From the NCBI GenBank assembly GCA_043817685.1, contig JBDRGQ010000020.1, positions 1 to 50,657 on the forward strand: a stretch of DNA of 50,657 nucleotides. Reading direction: 5' to 3'. The position numbers were made by a program, and so were the translations under genes. Under the pieces are notes generated by a model, which was not told the origin of the DNA, ran no database searches, and saw nothing but the letters and a program-made list of their open reading frames with translations. Source of the stretch: a bacterium (lineage in GTDB: Bacteria; Patescibacteriota; Minisyncoccia; Minisyncoccales; RBG-13-42-11). Of this stretch, positions 29,012 to 39,200 are shown one piece after another; the first letter of the stretch is position 1; every line of letters starts with the position of its first letter.

Positions 29012-32000
29012 GTGATGTTAGAAATCATTAAAAACAGGGTATTCTTGAATGTTATTCTGCTAATTTCCTTAGCAGGATTTTTAATTTTTCCAATTAGTAC
29101 GTCATCTGACGATTTGAATTTAACAGATATTACTCCGAAAGAAGCCAGCGAATATCTTGAACTGCCGGAAAAAGAAGTTAAAGCATTACTGTATTCTTTA
29201 ATTAGCTTATTCCATAAAGAATGGATAAATTTGGAAACTGCCCCGTACTCTAGCGCGGAAGAAAGGGCCGTAAATAACATCATGAAAAAAACAACACAAA
29301 TTCAGGCCTTAAATCATCTCTTGAAAGAAGCTCCAATGGAAACCTCTTGGAAAATAATAAATGGAGCTGTAAAAATATGCAGAATAATCTTGGCAGAAGA
29401 TATCTCGGGCGTTTTGGACGAACTGGAGAAAGCAAGCATTAACAAAGCAGTAAGCTACGGACTGAATTTCTTATTAAAAAACGACGTTAGAGTAACGCCT
29501 GGGGCAATGGAATTTAAATATTCATTAAAAGAGGACGGGGAAACTAAGGTTGTCTTTCAATATCTTATTGTTTACCAGCCCCTGGACGAAAAAACAGGAA
29601 AAGTGGTGATAAAATTTTATTCTCCTAATCCCTTAAAATTACCTAAAATAAAAGGGAGTCTTGGTGCATCATCAGCCATCTACCATGAACTCAAAAATGA
29701 CCTTCCTCCATTTACAATTGAAATCCAAGGAACATTAAAAAATTATGATTGGACTAACGACGAATCAATAAATATTGAATTCCCAGCTGAAGTCCCGGAT
29801 TTTGGGATAAAACCAATAGGGTTCTGGGAAAAATATTTACTAAAACCCATTGAAGGCACCATTAAAGAAGTTGAAATAATTATTACGAAAATAACCGGCA
29901 AATCTCCTAAAATAGTGGAAGCTTGGGAAAAAATAAAAGCAGAGGCAAAATCATTCATATCTGAAATAAACCCATTCTCCCCCGCCGCTCTAGTCGAAAT
30001 CCCTCAAGTCAACACTTATCCGACACAAACGTCCATTTCCGTCTCTAAAGAATCTGTTGAGGTCGATCCTCAACAAACAGAAAACCTTATCCAGAAACCC
30101 GTTGAGGTCGATCCTCAACCCATGACTTTAATTGAAATGCAGGAAATTATTGATGATATTTCAGAAGAAATCGATGATTTATCCCAAAAGGTCTTTGTGC
30201 TTAACCGAGTTAATCAACAAGAAGAAAACAATAAGGAAGAATTAGAAGATGAAAACGACAATAAAAAAGGAACCGACGAAGAAGATCTTATTAGGGATCG
30301 ACCTCAACAGACTGATTTATGCTCAAAGAACGGATTGCCTACTGGGGACAAAGTAATTTTTAACGAAATCGCCTGGATGGGAACTGGAAATTCAAATAAT
30401 GACGAATGGATTGAATTAAAAAACATCTCCGAAGAAGAAATAAACTTATTCGGTTGGAGTATCTTAAACGGAAACGATAAAATAAACATAAAATTTAAAT
30501 CAGAATTAATTGCAGAAGGAGAATACTTCCTTTTAGAAAGAACTAACGACGGTTCTGTCTCCGACATTTTAGCCGACTTCATATATAGTGGAACCTTAAG
30601 AAACACGAATGAAACCTTATATATTTTTGACGAAAACTGCCAAATGCAGGATATGATTTCCGATTTGCCTCAATGGAATTACGGAAACAATGAAACCAAA
30701 CAAACCATGGAAAGAAAGCTAGATTTAGTATGGCAGACCAGCAAATATGCGGGCGGAACGCCGAAATCAGAAAACAGCAGAGGATATATTATCGTGTTCA
30801 ATTATGGGGGCAGCTCCTCTCCTCCAATTATTACCCAAAATGAAGCTGTTAAGGAGAGTCCCCAACAGATAATATGTTCCGTCAGGGAAGAACTTCCAGT
30901 TCACTCCCCTATCATTTTAAACGAGATTGCCTGGATGGGATCAACCAGTAGTTCAGCTGATGAATGGATTGAACTTAAAAATGTTTCTACTTCCACTATT
31001 TCTTTAAATAATTGGCAATTAATAGGTGAAAATTCTGAAACTAACGAAAATAAAATAGAAATAATTTTTAACGAAGATAACTTAATTCCAATGTCCAGTT
31101 ACTTTCTACTGGAAAGAAGCGATGATGATTCGGTCCCCGGGATTGAATCCGATAAAACCTTTACCGGAGCAATTAATGATTCTAATTTTATTTTGAGACT
31201 TTTTGACGACGCATGCAGATTAATTGATGAGGTTACGGCTACTTCCACCTGGACGGCCGGGCAAAAAGAACCCGAAAGAAAAACCATGGAAAGAAACGAT
31301 GCATTGAATTGGCATACTTCATATTCTCCTTCCTCAATAAATGGGTTATTTGGAACGCCAAAGGGAGAAAATAGTCAAAAACAAGAACCTTTAATAGGGG
31401 AAAACCAATCCCCAATCGCCTTATTTAACTATCAACTGCAAAACCCAGTCATTAATCAAGAAATTATTTTTGATGCTTCCTCTTCTACGGATCCTGACGG
31501 AACAATAACTTCTTATGTTTGGGACTTCGGGAATAATAATTCAACTACAATAGAAAATTCAACCACAACTTACAGCTATTCAAATTCGGGTGAATATATT
31601 ATAAGTCTACAAATTGTAGATGACAAAAATAGTACTAGCTCCATTGCCACTTCAAGTATTATTATTTCCCTTGAAGAAATTCCGACATTAGAAATTGTAA
31701 TAAATGAAATTGCATGGATGGGAACTTCGGCCACAAATTCGGAAGATGAATGGATTGAATTATATAATAATACTGACTCAAATCTTGATTTAACTGGCTG
31801 GAAAATACTGAAAAATGGAGAAAACTTTATAGAAATCTCCAGTTCAACAATTAAGGAGATATCCACAAGTACAATTTTGGCTCAAGGGTTCTATCTTCTA
31901 GAAAGAACTGATGATACTACTATTATAGATATTCCTGCAGATTTAATTTATACTGGCATTTTAAATAATAATGGTGAAAAATTAGAGCTAAGAGATGCTT

Positions 32001-33406
32001 CAGGAACATTAATTGATTTAATCGACTGCTCCTCAAGCTGGGTTACAGGAACAATCACTCCAGGATACATTTCCATGGAAAAAATAGATTCATTTGCTTC
32101 TGGAACTAATGTAGAAAACTGGGCCAATAACAACATCGCCAACCGTAACGGCAAAACCGCTGATAATAAACTAATTAATGGGACTCCAAAACAAATAAAC
32201 AGCGTATCACAAATAAATACTGAGATCGAATCGCTACCTTTTAATGAATTTGATGAAATAACACTAACTCAACTTGGAAATCCTTATATTATAGTTAACT
32301 CATTAACAGTTCCGAATAACAAAACTTTAATAATTGAACCTGGTGTAATTCTAAAATTCAAAATGCCAAGTAGTTATGGACGCGGGGAAGGACCATATTT
32401 AAAGGTGCAGGGTAATTTAAAAGCCATAGGGAAAGAAAACGAACAAATTTTGTTTACCTCGACAGATGGAAACATGTGGCCTGGAATAATTTTTGAAGCA
32501 GACGAATCAGAAATGGAAATAAATTCCTATTTAGAATATGTTCTAATCGAAAAATCCAGAAGTTGGGAATCGCCTTCTTATCCTGCTGTAAAAATAGATA
32601 AAAAAGCTATCTCAATCAAAAACTCTACCTTAGATGCCTATTATAATTACAGAGGAATTTATATGATTGATTCCCATTCAATAATAGATAATGTTACTTT
32701 TAATTATTTCAACGACTCCCTCTATCCACATTCGGGAGAATATACCAGCGCTATATATATAGAAGGAGGAGCCCCTACTATCAAAAATTCCACTTTTCAA
32801 ACGGCCCTATACGGAATTTTCATCCAAACAACAGAATCCTGTTCTCAAAATAGCAATTTCAAAATTTCATCAAATACTTTTATTCAAAATGACATACCAA
32901 TATATCTTAGGGGCAGCGGGTCCCCCTGCTTCGAAAATAATCTAATACTTGACCCACAACCCGACAATCTAAACAATGTCTTTGACGGAATAGTCCTTGG
33001 AAGAACTACTATTAATTATGATACTTTTTGGCAGGCAGATGTTCCATTTATAATTGAAAGACAACTTAGTATAGAAAATGCTACATTAACTGTAGCTTCC
33101 GGCATAACAATAAAATTTAAATATACTAGTGATGGTAACAACAGAGGGTTTTTAGAAATAAAAAATGGAGCATCTTTAGTTGCTCACGGAACGACAGAAG
33201 ATAAAATTGTCTTCACTTCAGCAATGGAAACTCCTTCACCATGGAATTGGAAGGCGATTTATTTCAGAGAAGGAAGTTACGGCCTTTTAGAGAATGTTGA
33301 AATAAGCTATGGAGGAAGCGGAAATACATTAAATGACTGCCTAAAAATTGAGACAGAAAACGTATTGCTAACGAACGTGGAAAAGTATCAATGTTCTATT
33401 AATTAA
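29012..33406 (+). CDS. Large secreted protein with three lamin-tail domains, one PKD domain and a C-terminal beta-helix
   Basis: Three NEIAWMG...DEWIEL repeats; FDASSSTDPDGTITSYVWDFG; LIIEPGVILKF-type beta-helix repeats. Confidence 0.8.
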   Translation: MMLEIIKNRVFLNVILLISLAGFLIFPISTSSDDLNLTDITPKEASEYLELPEKEVKALLYSLISLFHKEWINLETAPYSSAEERAVNNIMKKTTQIQALNHLLKEAPMETSWKIINGAVKICRIILAEDISGVLDELEKASINKAVSYGLNFLLKNDVRVTPGAMEFKYSLKEDGETKVVFQYLIVYQPLDEKTGKVVIKFYSPNPLKLPKIKGSLGASSAIYHELKNDLPPFTIEIQGTLKNYDWTNDESINIEFPAEVPDFGIKPIGFWEKYLLKPIEGTIKEVEIIITKITGKSPKIVEAWEKIKAEAKSFISEINPFSPAALVEIPQVNTYPTQTSISVSKESVEVDPQQTENLIQKPVEVDPQPMTLIEMQEIIDDISEEIDDLSQKVFVLNRVNQQEENNKEELEDENDNKKGTDEEDLIRDRPQQTDLCSKNGLPTGDKVIFNEIAWMGTGNSNNDEWIELKNISEEEINLFGWSILNGNDKINIKFKSELIAEGEYFLLERTNDGSVSDILADFIYSGTLRNTNETLYIFDENCQMQDMISDLPQWNYGNNETKQTMERKLDLVWQTSKYAGGTPKSENSRGYIIVFNYGGSSSPPIITQNEAVKESPQQIICSVREELPVHSPIILNEIAWMGSTSSSADEWIELKNVSTSTISLNNWQLIGENSETNENKIEIIFNEDNLIPMSSYFLLERSDDDSVPGIESDKTFTGAINDSNFILRLFDDACRLIDEVTATSTWTAGQKEPERKTMERNDALNWHTSYSPSSINGLFGTPKGENSQKQEPLIGENQSPIALFNYQLQNPVINQEIIFDASSSTDPDGTITSYVWDFGNNNSTTIENSTTTYSYSNSGEYIISLQIVDDKNSTSSIATSSIIISLEEIPTLEIVINEIAWMGTSATNSEDEWIELYNNTDSNLDLTGWKILKNGENFIEISSSTIKEISTSTILAQGFYLLERTDDTTIIDIPADLIYTGILNNNGEKLELRDASGTLIDLIDCSSSWVTGTITPGYISMEKIDSFASGTNVENWANNNIANRNGKTADNKLINGTPKQINSVSQINTEIESLPFNEFDEITLTQLGNPYIIVNSLTVPNNKTLIIEPGVILKFKMPSSYGRGEGPYLKVQGNLKAIGKENEQILFTSTDGNMWPGIIFEADESEMEINSYLEYVLIEKSRSWESPSYPAVKIDKKAISIKNSTLDAYYNYRGIYMIDSHSIIDNVTFNYFNDSLYPHSGEYTSAIYIEGGAPTIKNSTFQTALYGIFIQTTESCSQNSNFKISSNTFIQNDIPIYLRGSGSPCFENNLILDPQPDNLNNVFDGIVLGRTTINYDTFWQADVPFIIERQLSIENATLTVASGITIKFKYTSDGNNRGFLEIKNGASLVAHGTTEDKIVFTSAMETPSPWNWKAIYFREGSYGLLENVEISYGGSGNTLNDCLKIETENVLLTNVEKYQCSIN
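30054..30868. repeat. Four dispersed copies of a short palindrome, GTTGAGG-N5-CCTCAAC, inside the CDS
   Basis: Copies at 30056-30074, 30101-30119, 30290-30308 (inverted) and 30846-30868 (degenerate). Confidence 0.75.
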
Positions 33407-33420
33407 AGATGTCGCCTATT

Positions 33421-33448
33421 GAAAAAGCGGGGAATCCCCCGCTTTTTC
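33421..33448. terminator. Bidirectional intrinsic terminator
   Basis: GAAAAAGCGGGG-AATC-CCCCGCTTTTTC between convergent genes. Confidence 0.9.
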
Positions 33449-33472
33449 ATATATACAAAAATTTAGATAAGA

Positions 33473-33937
33473 TTACCAACAAATGCATGCTGTTCCCGGA
33501 AATCCAATATCTAAAGATGCTTCACAAAGCTCTTTAGTTCCCTTTTGAGAAGCGGCAAAATATGTATTGAAGCTACAACCAGTTCCTGCATTTTCCAATG
33601 TTGAATAAGTACAAAATGCCTCTCCAAGAGGATCGCAAGCTGTATTGTCTAGCCAAACGTAAGTTCCACTTCCTGGATCAGTTGGAGCGTCTAAATAAGT
33701 GCTTATATTAGGCATAGCTGCTCCAGCGTCTGTCAAATAAGCATCTTGATCTCCGTAATACATTTCTTGTGCTGTAATTACTGCACGCATATCTGCTTGT
33801 CTCTGAGCATCTCTGGCTTTACTCCTCGCCCCGCCCAATGAAACTAAAACTATGGATGCCAAAATACCTATAATGGCAATAACGACTAACAATTCGATTA
33901 AGGTGAAACCTTTTTTATTTTTAGCAAATATTTGCAT
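33473..33937 (-). CDS. Type IV prepilin
   Basis: [19 protein letters not shown] class III signal; C-terminal Cys residues. Confidence 0.92.
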   Translation of the reverse strand: MQIFAKNKKGFTLIELLVVIAIIGILASIVLVSLGGARSKARDAQRQADMRAVITAQEMYYGDQDAYLTDAGAAMPNISTYLDAPTDPGSGTYVWLDNTACDPLGEAFCTYSTLENAGTGCSFNTYFAASQKGTKELCEASLDIGFPGTACICW

Positions 33938-33985
33938 GATTAAATATATATTAAATTGACTTTTAGTATCGACCTTTTAAAATTT

Positions 33986-34441
33986 CTAATCTGTAAGATT
34001 AAATCCACAACAGTCTGCATTTGAAGGTGGTCCAGTATAAGCCTTTGAGGCAACTCCTTCGTTAGAAGCGCAATTCCATGTAGTGGCAGAGGGAGCTTCC
34101 AATAAAGTATAAATACAATAAAGAGCAGTGGTTCCGTCTGTCCATTTATAAATACTATCTCCAGAATCACTTGGATCTGTTGGAACGGTTAAATAATTTG
34201 TTATAACTGTTCCGGCTGCAACTCCAGGTGCAGTATTTAAATACCCGTTATTGTCGTCGTAATAAAGTTCCATTGCAGTATTAACCTGTCTAAAATCAGA
34301 CTGTCTTCTGGCGTCTCTGGCTTTTTCTCTGGCTGGACCCAATGAAACTAAAACTATGGAAGCCAATAAACCTATAATGGCTATTACTACCAATAGTTCT
34401 ATCAAGGTGAAACCTTTTTTATTTTTTGAAAATATTTTCAT
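33986..34441 (-). CDS. Type IV prepilin
   Basis: [19 protein letters not shown]; paralog of the neighbouring pilin. Confidence 0.92.
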   Translation of the reverse strand: MKIFSKNKKGFTLIELLVVIAIIGLLASIVLVSLGPAREKARDARRQSDFRQVNTAMELYYDDNNGYLNTAPGVAAGTVITNYLTVPTDPSDSGDSIYKWTDGTTALYCIYTLLEAPSATTWNCASNEGVASKAYTGPPSNADCCGFNLTD

Positions 34442-34512
34442 ATATTTATTTATTTAATGTTAATGTATTTTACCACACATCAAAATAAAAGGTACATGTG
34501 GAAAACTCGATA

Positions 34513-35715
34513 TTAAAAAGTCATCATCTTGTACATCGGAGTTAGTATTGAAAGCATGATTCCTCCGACTATCCCCCCCAAAAAGATGATCAAGACTGGC
34601 TCCAATACTCCCAAAAAACTTTCTATGGAAGTATCTATTTCCTCTTGGTAAAAATCCACTATATCCATTAAAACATTATCCAAATTACCTGTTTTTTCCC
34701 CCACTATCACCATTTGATTAAAAACAGGAGGAAAGAGTTCCGGATACTTGGCTAATACAGAAGAAATAGTATCTCCTTTTCTAACTCCTTCTTTGGCTTC
34801 ATTAATCACTTTTTTGTAAGAAGTGTTTCCCATTACATCTCCTGTTGTTTCCAAAGATTGAGCGATTGGCAAACCTCCGGAGATTAAAGTAGAAAGGTTT
34901 TCCGAAAATCTGGAAACATAAATTATTTTCAATAAATTATTCAGCATCGGAATCTTCAACATAAAACTGTCTAAATTCTTTTTACCTGATTCTGTTTTTG
35001 TGTATCTGGAAAGAAAAAATACAAGAAAAGCAATAATGAAAATAAATATCCAACCCCAGCTTTTTAAAAATTCTGAACCTGATATCACCATTCTGGTGAC
35101 CGCTGGAAGTTCCTGTCCGGAATTTTCTAAAACCTGGGTTAAATTAGGTATGACAAAGAAAACCAAAAGTCCTATGACTAATACAACCACAAATACCACC
35201 AAAGAAGGATAAATTAAAGCTCCCTTAGCTTTGGAAACTAAATGATATTCCCTTTCTAAGTGCTTTGCCAGATAATCTAAAACCTCAGAAAGCTTGCCTG
35301 ACACTTCTCCAGATTTAACCATGGCTATATAAAAAGGTGAAAAGATCTTGGGATGCTGAGCTAAGGCTTTTGAAAAAGATGTCCCTGCTTCCACTTCTTC
35401 TGAAATATGAAACACCTTTTCCTTAAATTCGGCGTTCTTCATCTGGGAAGATAATACTCTCAATGATTCTATCAAAGAAACCTTGGACTTGAACATTATA
35501 GACAACTGTCTGGAAAATAAAACAATGTCTTTTCTGGAAATACTAGAAAAAAATCTTATGTTTTTGGCATAAATAGGAGATTTGGCCTCTTCCAAAAGAG
35601 TTACGTATAATCCGTAACCCTGCAAAAGGTTGATGGCTGCTTCTTGAGAAGAAGCTTCAACCTGACCTATTCTGATGTCTCCAGCTTTTGTTCTCCCTTG
35701 ATAGTTAAATTTCAT
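34513..35715 (-). CDS. pilC: Type IV pilus platform protein (GspF family)
   Basis: FSRQLSIM, GEVSGKL, ALIYP, GEKTGNL, LEP. Confidence 0.92.
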   Translation of the reverse strand: MKFNYQGRTKAGDIRIGQVEASSQEAAINLLQGYGLYVTLLEEAKSPIYAKNIRFFSSISRKDIVLFSRQLSIMFKSKVSLIESLRVLSSQMKNAEFKEKVFHISEEVEAGTSFSKALAQHPKIFSPFYIAMVKSGEVSGKLSEVLDYLAKHLEREYHLVSKAKGALIYPSLVVFVVVLVIGLLVFFVIPNLTQVLENSGQELPAVTRMVISGSEFLKSWGWIFIFIIAFLVFFLSRYTKTESGKKNLDSFMLKIPMLNNLLKIIYVSRFSENLSTLISGGLPIAQSLETTGDVMGNTSYKKVINEAKEGVRKGDTISSVLAKYPELFPPVFNQMVIVGEKTGNLDNVLMDIVDFYQEEIDTSIESFLGVLEPVLIIFLGGIVGGIMLSILTPMYKMMTF

Positions 35716-35722
35716 ATTAAAA

Positions 35723-36790
35723 CTACTTCACCAGCATCTTTAGTTCAGCAGAATTACTAGAGTAGTTTAACGCGCTTTCCAGAGATATTTCTTTTCTCCT
35801 AACCAGATCGGCCAAAGCTCTGTTTAAAGAAATCATCCCTATTTCGTTTGAAGTTTCAATAACTAAAGGCAACTCGTGTATCTTGTTTTCTCTTATTAAA
35901 TTAGCTACTGCCGGAGTAGTAATCATTATCTCGCAAGCCGGAATCATGCCTCCTTTTATTCTTGGAACTAATCTCTGAGAAACTATCCCCAACAAAGAAC
36001 CTGACAGCTGGGCTCTAATTTGGTTCTGCTGAGAGGCGGGAAAAGAATCCACTATTCTATGTACACTCTGGGCAGCTGAATTAGTGTGCAAAGTGGCAAA
36101 AACCAAATGGCCTGTTTCAGCTGCAGTAATTGCAGTAGCCATGGTCTCAGGATCTCTCATCTCCCCTACCATAATAACATCCGGGTCCTGTCTGAAAGTA
36201 GCCCTTAAAGCTTTTGGGAAACTTAAGGTGTCTTTGTAAACTTCTCTCTGGTCAATGATGCTCCTGTCATCTTGAAAAATGTATTCTATAGGATCTTCGA
36301 TGGTTATTATGTGCTCTGCCCTGTTGTGGTTTATCTCGTCTATTATCGCAGCCAGAGTGGTTGATTTTCCCTGAGAAGAAGGACCGGTAATTAGAACAAA
36401 ACCCTGGGAAACTTTTGTAAAATTCCTTAAAAGTATGGGGAGATTTAATTCATCTATAGTCTTAATCGCAAAAGGAATCAAACGAAGAGCCATAGCCACT
36501 TCTCCTTCTTGGAAAAAAACATTTACCCTGAAACGGTTATTTTCAAAACTATAGGAAAAATCTATTTCCTTTTCATCTAAAAATCTCTGCCACTGCTCTT
36601 CTGATAAAATAGTTTTGGCTAGTCCTTTAGTGTCTTGTGATTCTAGTTTTTTATTTTTTATAAGAGGAACTAATTTCCCAGAAATTCTCAAAACAGGAGG
36701 ATGTCCTCTTGATATATGAAGATCTGAGGCCTGTTCCTTTATCGTAATCTTTAATAAATCGCTTAATTGATCTTGGTAATTATCAGGCAT
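35723..36790 (-). CDS. pilT: Type IV pilus retraction ATPase
   Basis: ASDLH, GPSSQGKST, EDPIE, VGEMRD, TLHTNSA, AVANLIRE. Confidence 0.93.
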   Translation of the reverse strand: MPDNYQDQLSDLLKITIKEQASDLHISRGHPPVLRISGKLVPLIKNKKLESQDTKGLAKTILSEEQWQRFLDEKEIDFSYSFENNRFRVNVFFQEGEVAMALRLIPFAIKTIDELNLPILLRNFTKVSQGFVLITGPSSQGKSTTLAAIIDEINHNRAEHIITIEDPIEYIFQDDRSIIDQREVYKDTLSFPKALRATFRQDPDVIMVGEMRDPETMATAITAAETGHLVFATLHTNSAAQSVHRIVDSFPASQQNQIRAQLSGSLLGIVSQRLVPRIKGGMIPACEIMITTPAVANLIRENKIHELPLVIETSNEIGMISLNRALADLVRRKEISLESALNYSSNSAELKMLVK

Positions 36791-36795
36791 GTTTG

Positions 36796-37161
36796 TTATT
36801 TTAGAATTTTTTTAATCTCTTCTACAACTTCAGAGGGAGTATAATGGGCTTTTATTAAATAGCTTGTAGCTCCCAAGGCCATTCCCTTTTCCACTTCTTC
36901 TTTCTGGCCAAGATTAGAAAGAATTATTATTTTTAAATCTTTTAAACTTTCTTCTGCTCTTAAGGCTTTGAGCACTTCCCATCCGTCCATTTGAGGCAAA
37001 ACAACATCTAGAATAACTATATCTGGTTTTATTTCTTTAGTTTTAGACAATACTTCACTCCCGTCAGAAACAACTTCCAACTCAAAACCGCTCTCTTTTA
37101 GTTTTGTCCCGTATATGTCTATTAAAAATGAATCGTCCTCCACTAATAATATTTTTTCCAT
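36796..37161 (-). CDS. Single-domain response regulator receiver
   Basis: LLVEDD, ILDVVLPQMDG, LSN, YLIK. Confidence 0.9.
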   Translation of the reverse strand: MEKILLVEDDSFLIDIYGTKLKESGFELEVVSDGSEVLSKTKEIKPDIVILDVVLPQMDGWEVLKALRAEESLKDLKIIILSNLGQKEEVEKGMALGATSYLIKAHYTPSEVVEEIKKILK

Positions 37162-37162
37162 G

Positions 37163-38899
37163 TTATCTTTCTTCTGTTACTTCTGTTACTCTTAATACTT
37201 CTTCTATGGTTGTAGTTCCGCTTAGAGCCTTTAATATCCCGTCCTGTCTTATGCTAATCATACCCTGTTTTTTAGCTTCTTTCAAAATCTTAGTTTCGGA
37301 AGGCTCTTTTAAAACAATCTCTTCTAAAGAACTGGTCATAGACAATACTTCAAATAAAGCGATCCTTCCAGAGAATCCAGTGTTATTGCACTTTGGACAT
37401 CCTTGAGGTTCATAAAGCTTTATTTCTTTTTTCCCATCCAGATCTTTTTTTATTTCAGATGGTATGTCGGCCAATTCTTTCGTTATTAATTCTTTTATCT
37501 TTATATTTGGCTTTACTTCCTTTTTGCAATCATCGCAAAGTTTTCTGACTAATCTTTGAGCTATGGCTAATTGCAAAGTGGATGGAATAAGATATGGTTT
37601 AATCCCCATATCCACTAATCTTGGAATAACCCCCAAAGAGTTTGAAGTGTGCAAAGTAGACAATACAATATGGCCAGTTAAAGCAGCATGGATTACTAAA
37701 GTGGCTGTTTCTTCATCTCTAATCTCGCCAACCATAATAACATCCGGGTCCTGCCTAAGAATATGCCTTAACCCTGAAGCAAAACTGTATTTTATTTCCG
37801 GCCTTACTTGTGATTGATTCAACCCTTCCACGAAGTATTCCACTGGATCTTCTAAAGTGACAATATTTACTTCTTCTTTGTTCAATAAATCCAATATAGA
37901 ATACAAAGTTGTAGTCTTGCCAGAGCCAGTAGGACCGGTGGCTAATATCAAACCATATGGCTTTTTAATTTTTTCCTCCACTATTTTCAAATTCCTTCTT
38001 TCCAAGCCAAGAGCCTGAAGACTTTTCTTTCCGACCTGAGGGTCTAAGACACGAATAGCTACTTTTTCGCCCAGGGTAGTTGGAAAAGTTGATACTCTAT
38101 AATCAATAGATTTCTCGCCCATTTTGGTTGAAAATCTTCCGTCTTGGGGAATTCTTGCTTCGTCTATCTTTAAATTAGAAAGAATTTTAATCCTGGCTAC
38201 TACAGCAGGATGGATATCCAAGGGTAAAAATATAGAAGCGTGCAAATCTCCTAAAGACCTGAATCTGACTCTTAACTTTTCCCTAGTAGGCTCAATATGA
38301 ATATCAGAGGCATCTCCATCTACTGCATGTCTTAAAATAACTGCAACAATTTTAGTAATTGGGGCTTCTTCGGCAATCCTTTCATACTCTGCCGCAGATC
38401 TTGGACTTCTTCTATCACTCTCTTGTTTTAATTCTATCTCCAATTCTTCTAAAGCCATTCCTACTTCTCTTTTAAGAGTTTTATACTGACTTAAAAGATC
38501 TTTAAAAGTAGTGAAATTTATTAAAAAGACTTTGTAGGTAAAGTTTTTTTGCCTAGCTAAAAACTTTAAGGCCTCTTGAGCTTTTAAATCTTCCGGGTAA
38601 ACCATTCCTACTTCCAAATCCTTTTCTGTTTTGCTCAAAGGAATCATTTTGTAATATTTAGCTGTTTCTTCTGGGATCAACTCCAATATTTTTAATGAAA
38701 CTTTTTCTGTATCAACTTCTTTCAAAGGAATTTTAAGAATTTCGCTTTTGGAAGAGAAAAGAACAGTTTCTGGAACAGCTTTTTCCTCAATCAAAATTTC
38801 CTCTTCTTTCTTTCCTGTTTCTGCAGCATGAGAAGCAAGGGTAGAAGCTCTATCTTTATTCAATATGCCTTTGTCTTTTAAATATTTAATGATTGACAT
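37163..38899 (-). CDS. pilB: Type IV pilus assembly ATPase (GspE/PilB)
   Basis: ASDIHIEP, PQDGR, GPTGSGKTT, LRQDPD, tetra-Cys CDDC/CPKC. Confidence 0.93.
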   Translation of the reverse strand: MSIIKYLKDKGILNKDRASTLASHAAETGKKEEEILIEEKAVPETVLFSSKSEILKIPLKEVDTEKVSLKILELIPEETAKYYKMIPLSKTEKDLEVGMVYPEDLKAQEALKFLARQKNFTYKVFLINFTTFKDLLSQYKTLKREVGMALEELEIELKQESDRRSPRSAAEYERIAEEAPITKIVAVILRHAVDGDASDIHIEPTREKLRVRFRSLGDLHASIFLPLDIHPAVVARIKILSNLKIDEARIPQDGRFSTKMGEKSIDYRVSTFPTTLGEKVAIRVLDPQVGKKSLQALGLERRNLKIVEEKIKKPYGLILATGPTGSGKTTTLYSILDLLNKEEVNIVTLEDPVEYFVEGLNQSQVRPEIKYSFASGLRHILRQDPDVIMVGEIRDEETATLVIHAALTGHIVLSTLHTSNSLGVIPRLVDMGIKPYLIPSTLQLAIAQRLVRKLCDDCKKEVKPNIKIKELITKELADIPSEIKKDLDGKKEIKLYEPQGCPKCNNTGFSGRIALFEVLSMTSSLEEIVLKEPSETKILKEAKKQGMISIRQDGILKALSGTTTIEEVLRVTEVTEER

Positions 38900-38902
38900 G
38901 GT

Positions 38903-39199
38903 TTAAAAAGGCGTAAAAGGATTTTCTCTGCCCAATTCAGTCCCGGTGGCTAATTCTAAAGATTGTATTTCCAAAAACGGTTCTAATCCTTTTAAAACTG
39001 GATTTTTCAAAACATCAAAATTTATTTTCACTTCTGGCCTTGGAATAAACATCCCTCCTTCTGTAAATTCTTCCGGAATAGATTCTGGTTTTAAAAATCC
39101 ATTATAAATAACAAAGAGAATTACTGCTAAAACAATAGCTAAGGCAAAAAGCAAGTTTTTTTGGTTTTTTTTCTTTTGTATGAAATTACCTTCTACCAT
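38903..39199 (-). CDS. Small membrane-anchored pilus accessory protein (PilP position)
   Basis: TM helix and C-terminal GRENPF; follows pilO. Confidence 0.6.
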   Translation of the reverse strand: MVEGNFIQKKKNQKNLLFALAIVLAVILFVIYNGFLKPESIPEEFTEGGMFIPRPEVKINFDVLKNPVLKGLEPFLEIQSLELATGTELGRENPFTPF

Positions 39200-39200
39200 A

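Noticed and set aside
30054..30310. Palindromic repeats as a CRISPR mini-array
   Set aside because: Spacing is irregular, orientation is mixed, the repeats lie inside an intact ORF, and there are no cas genes.
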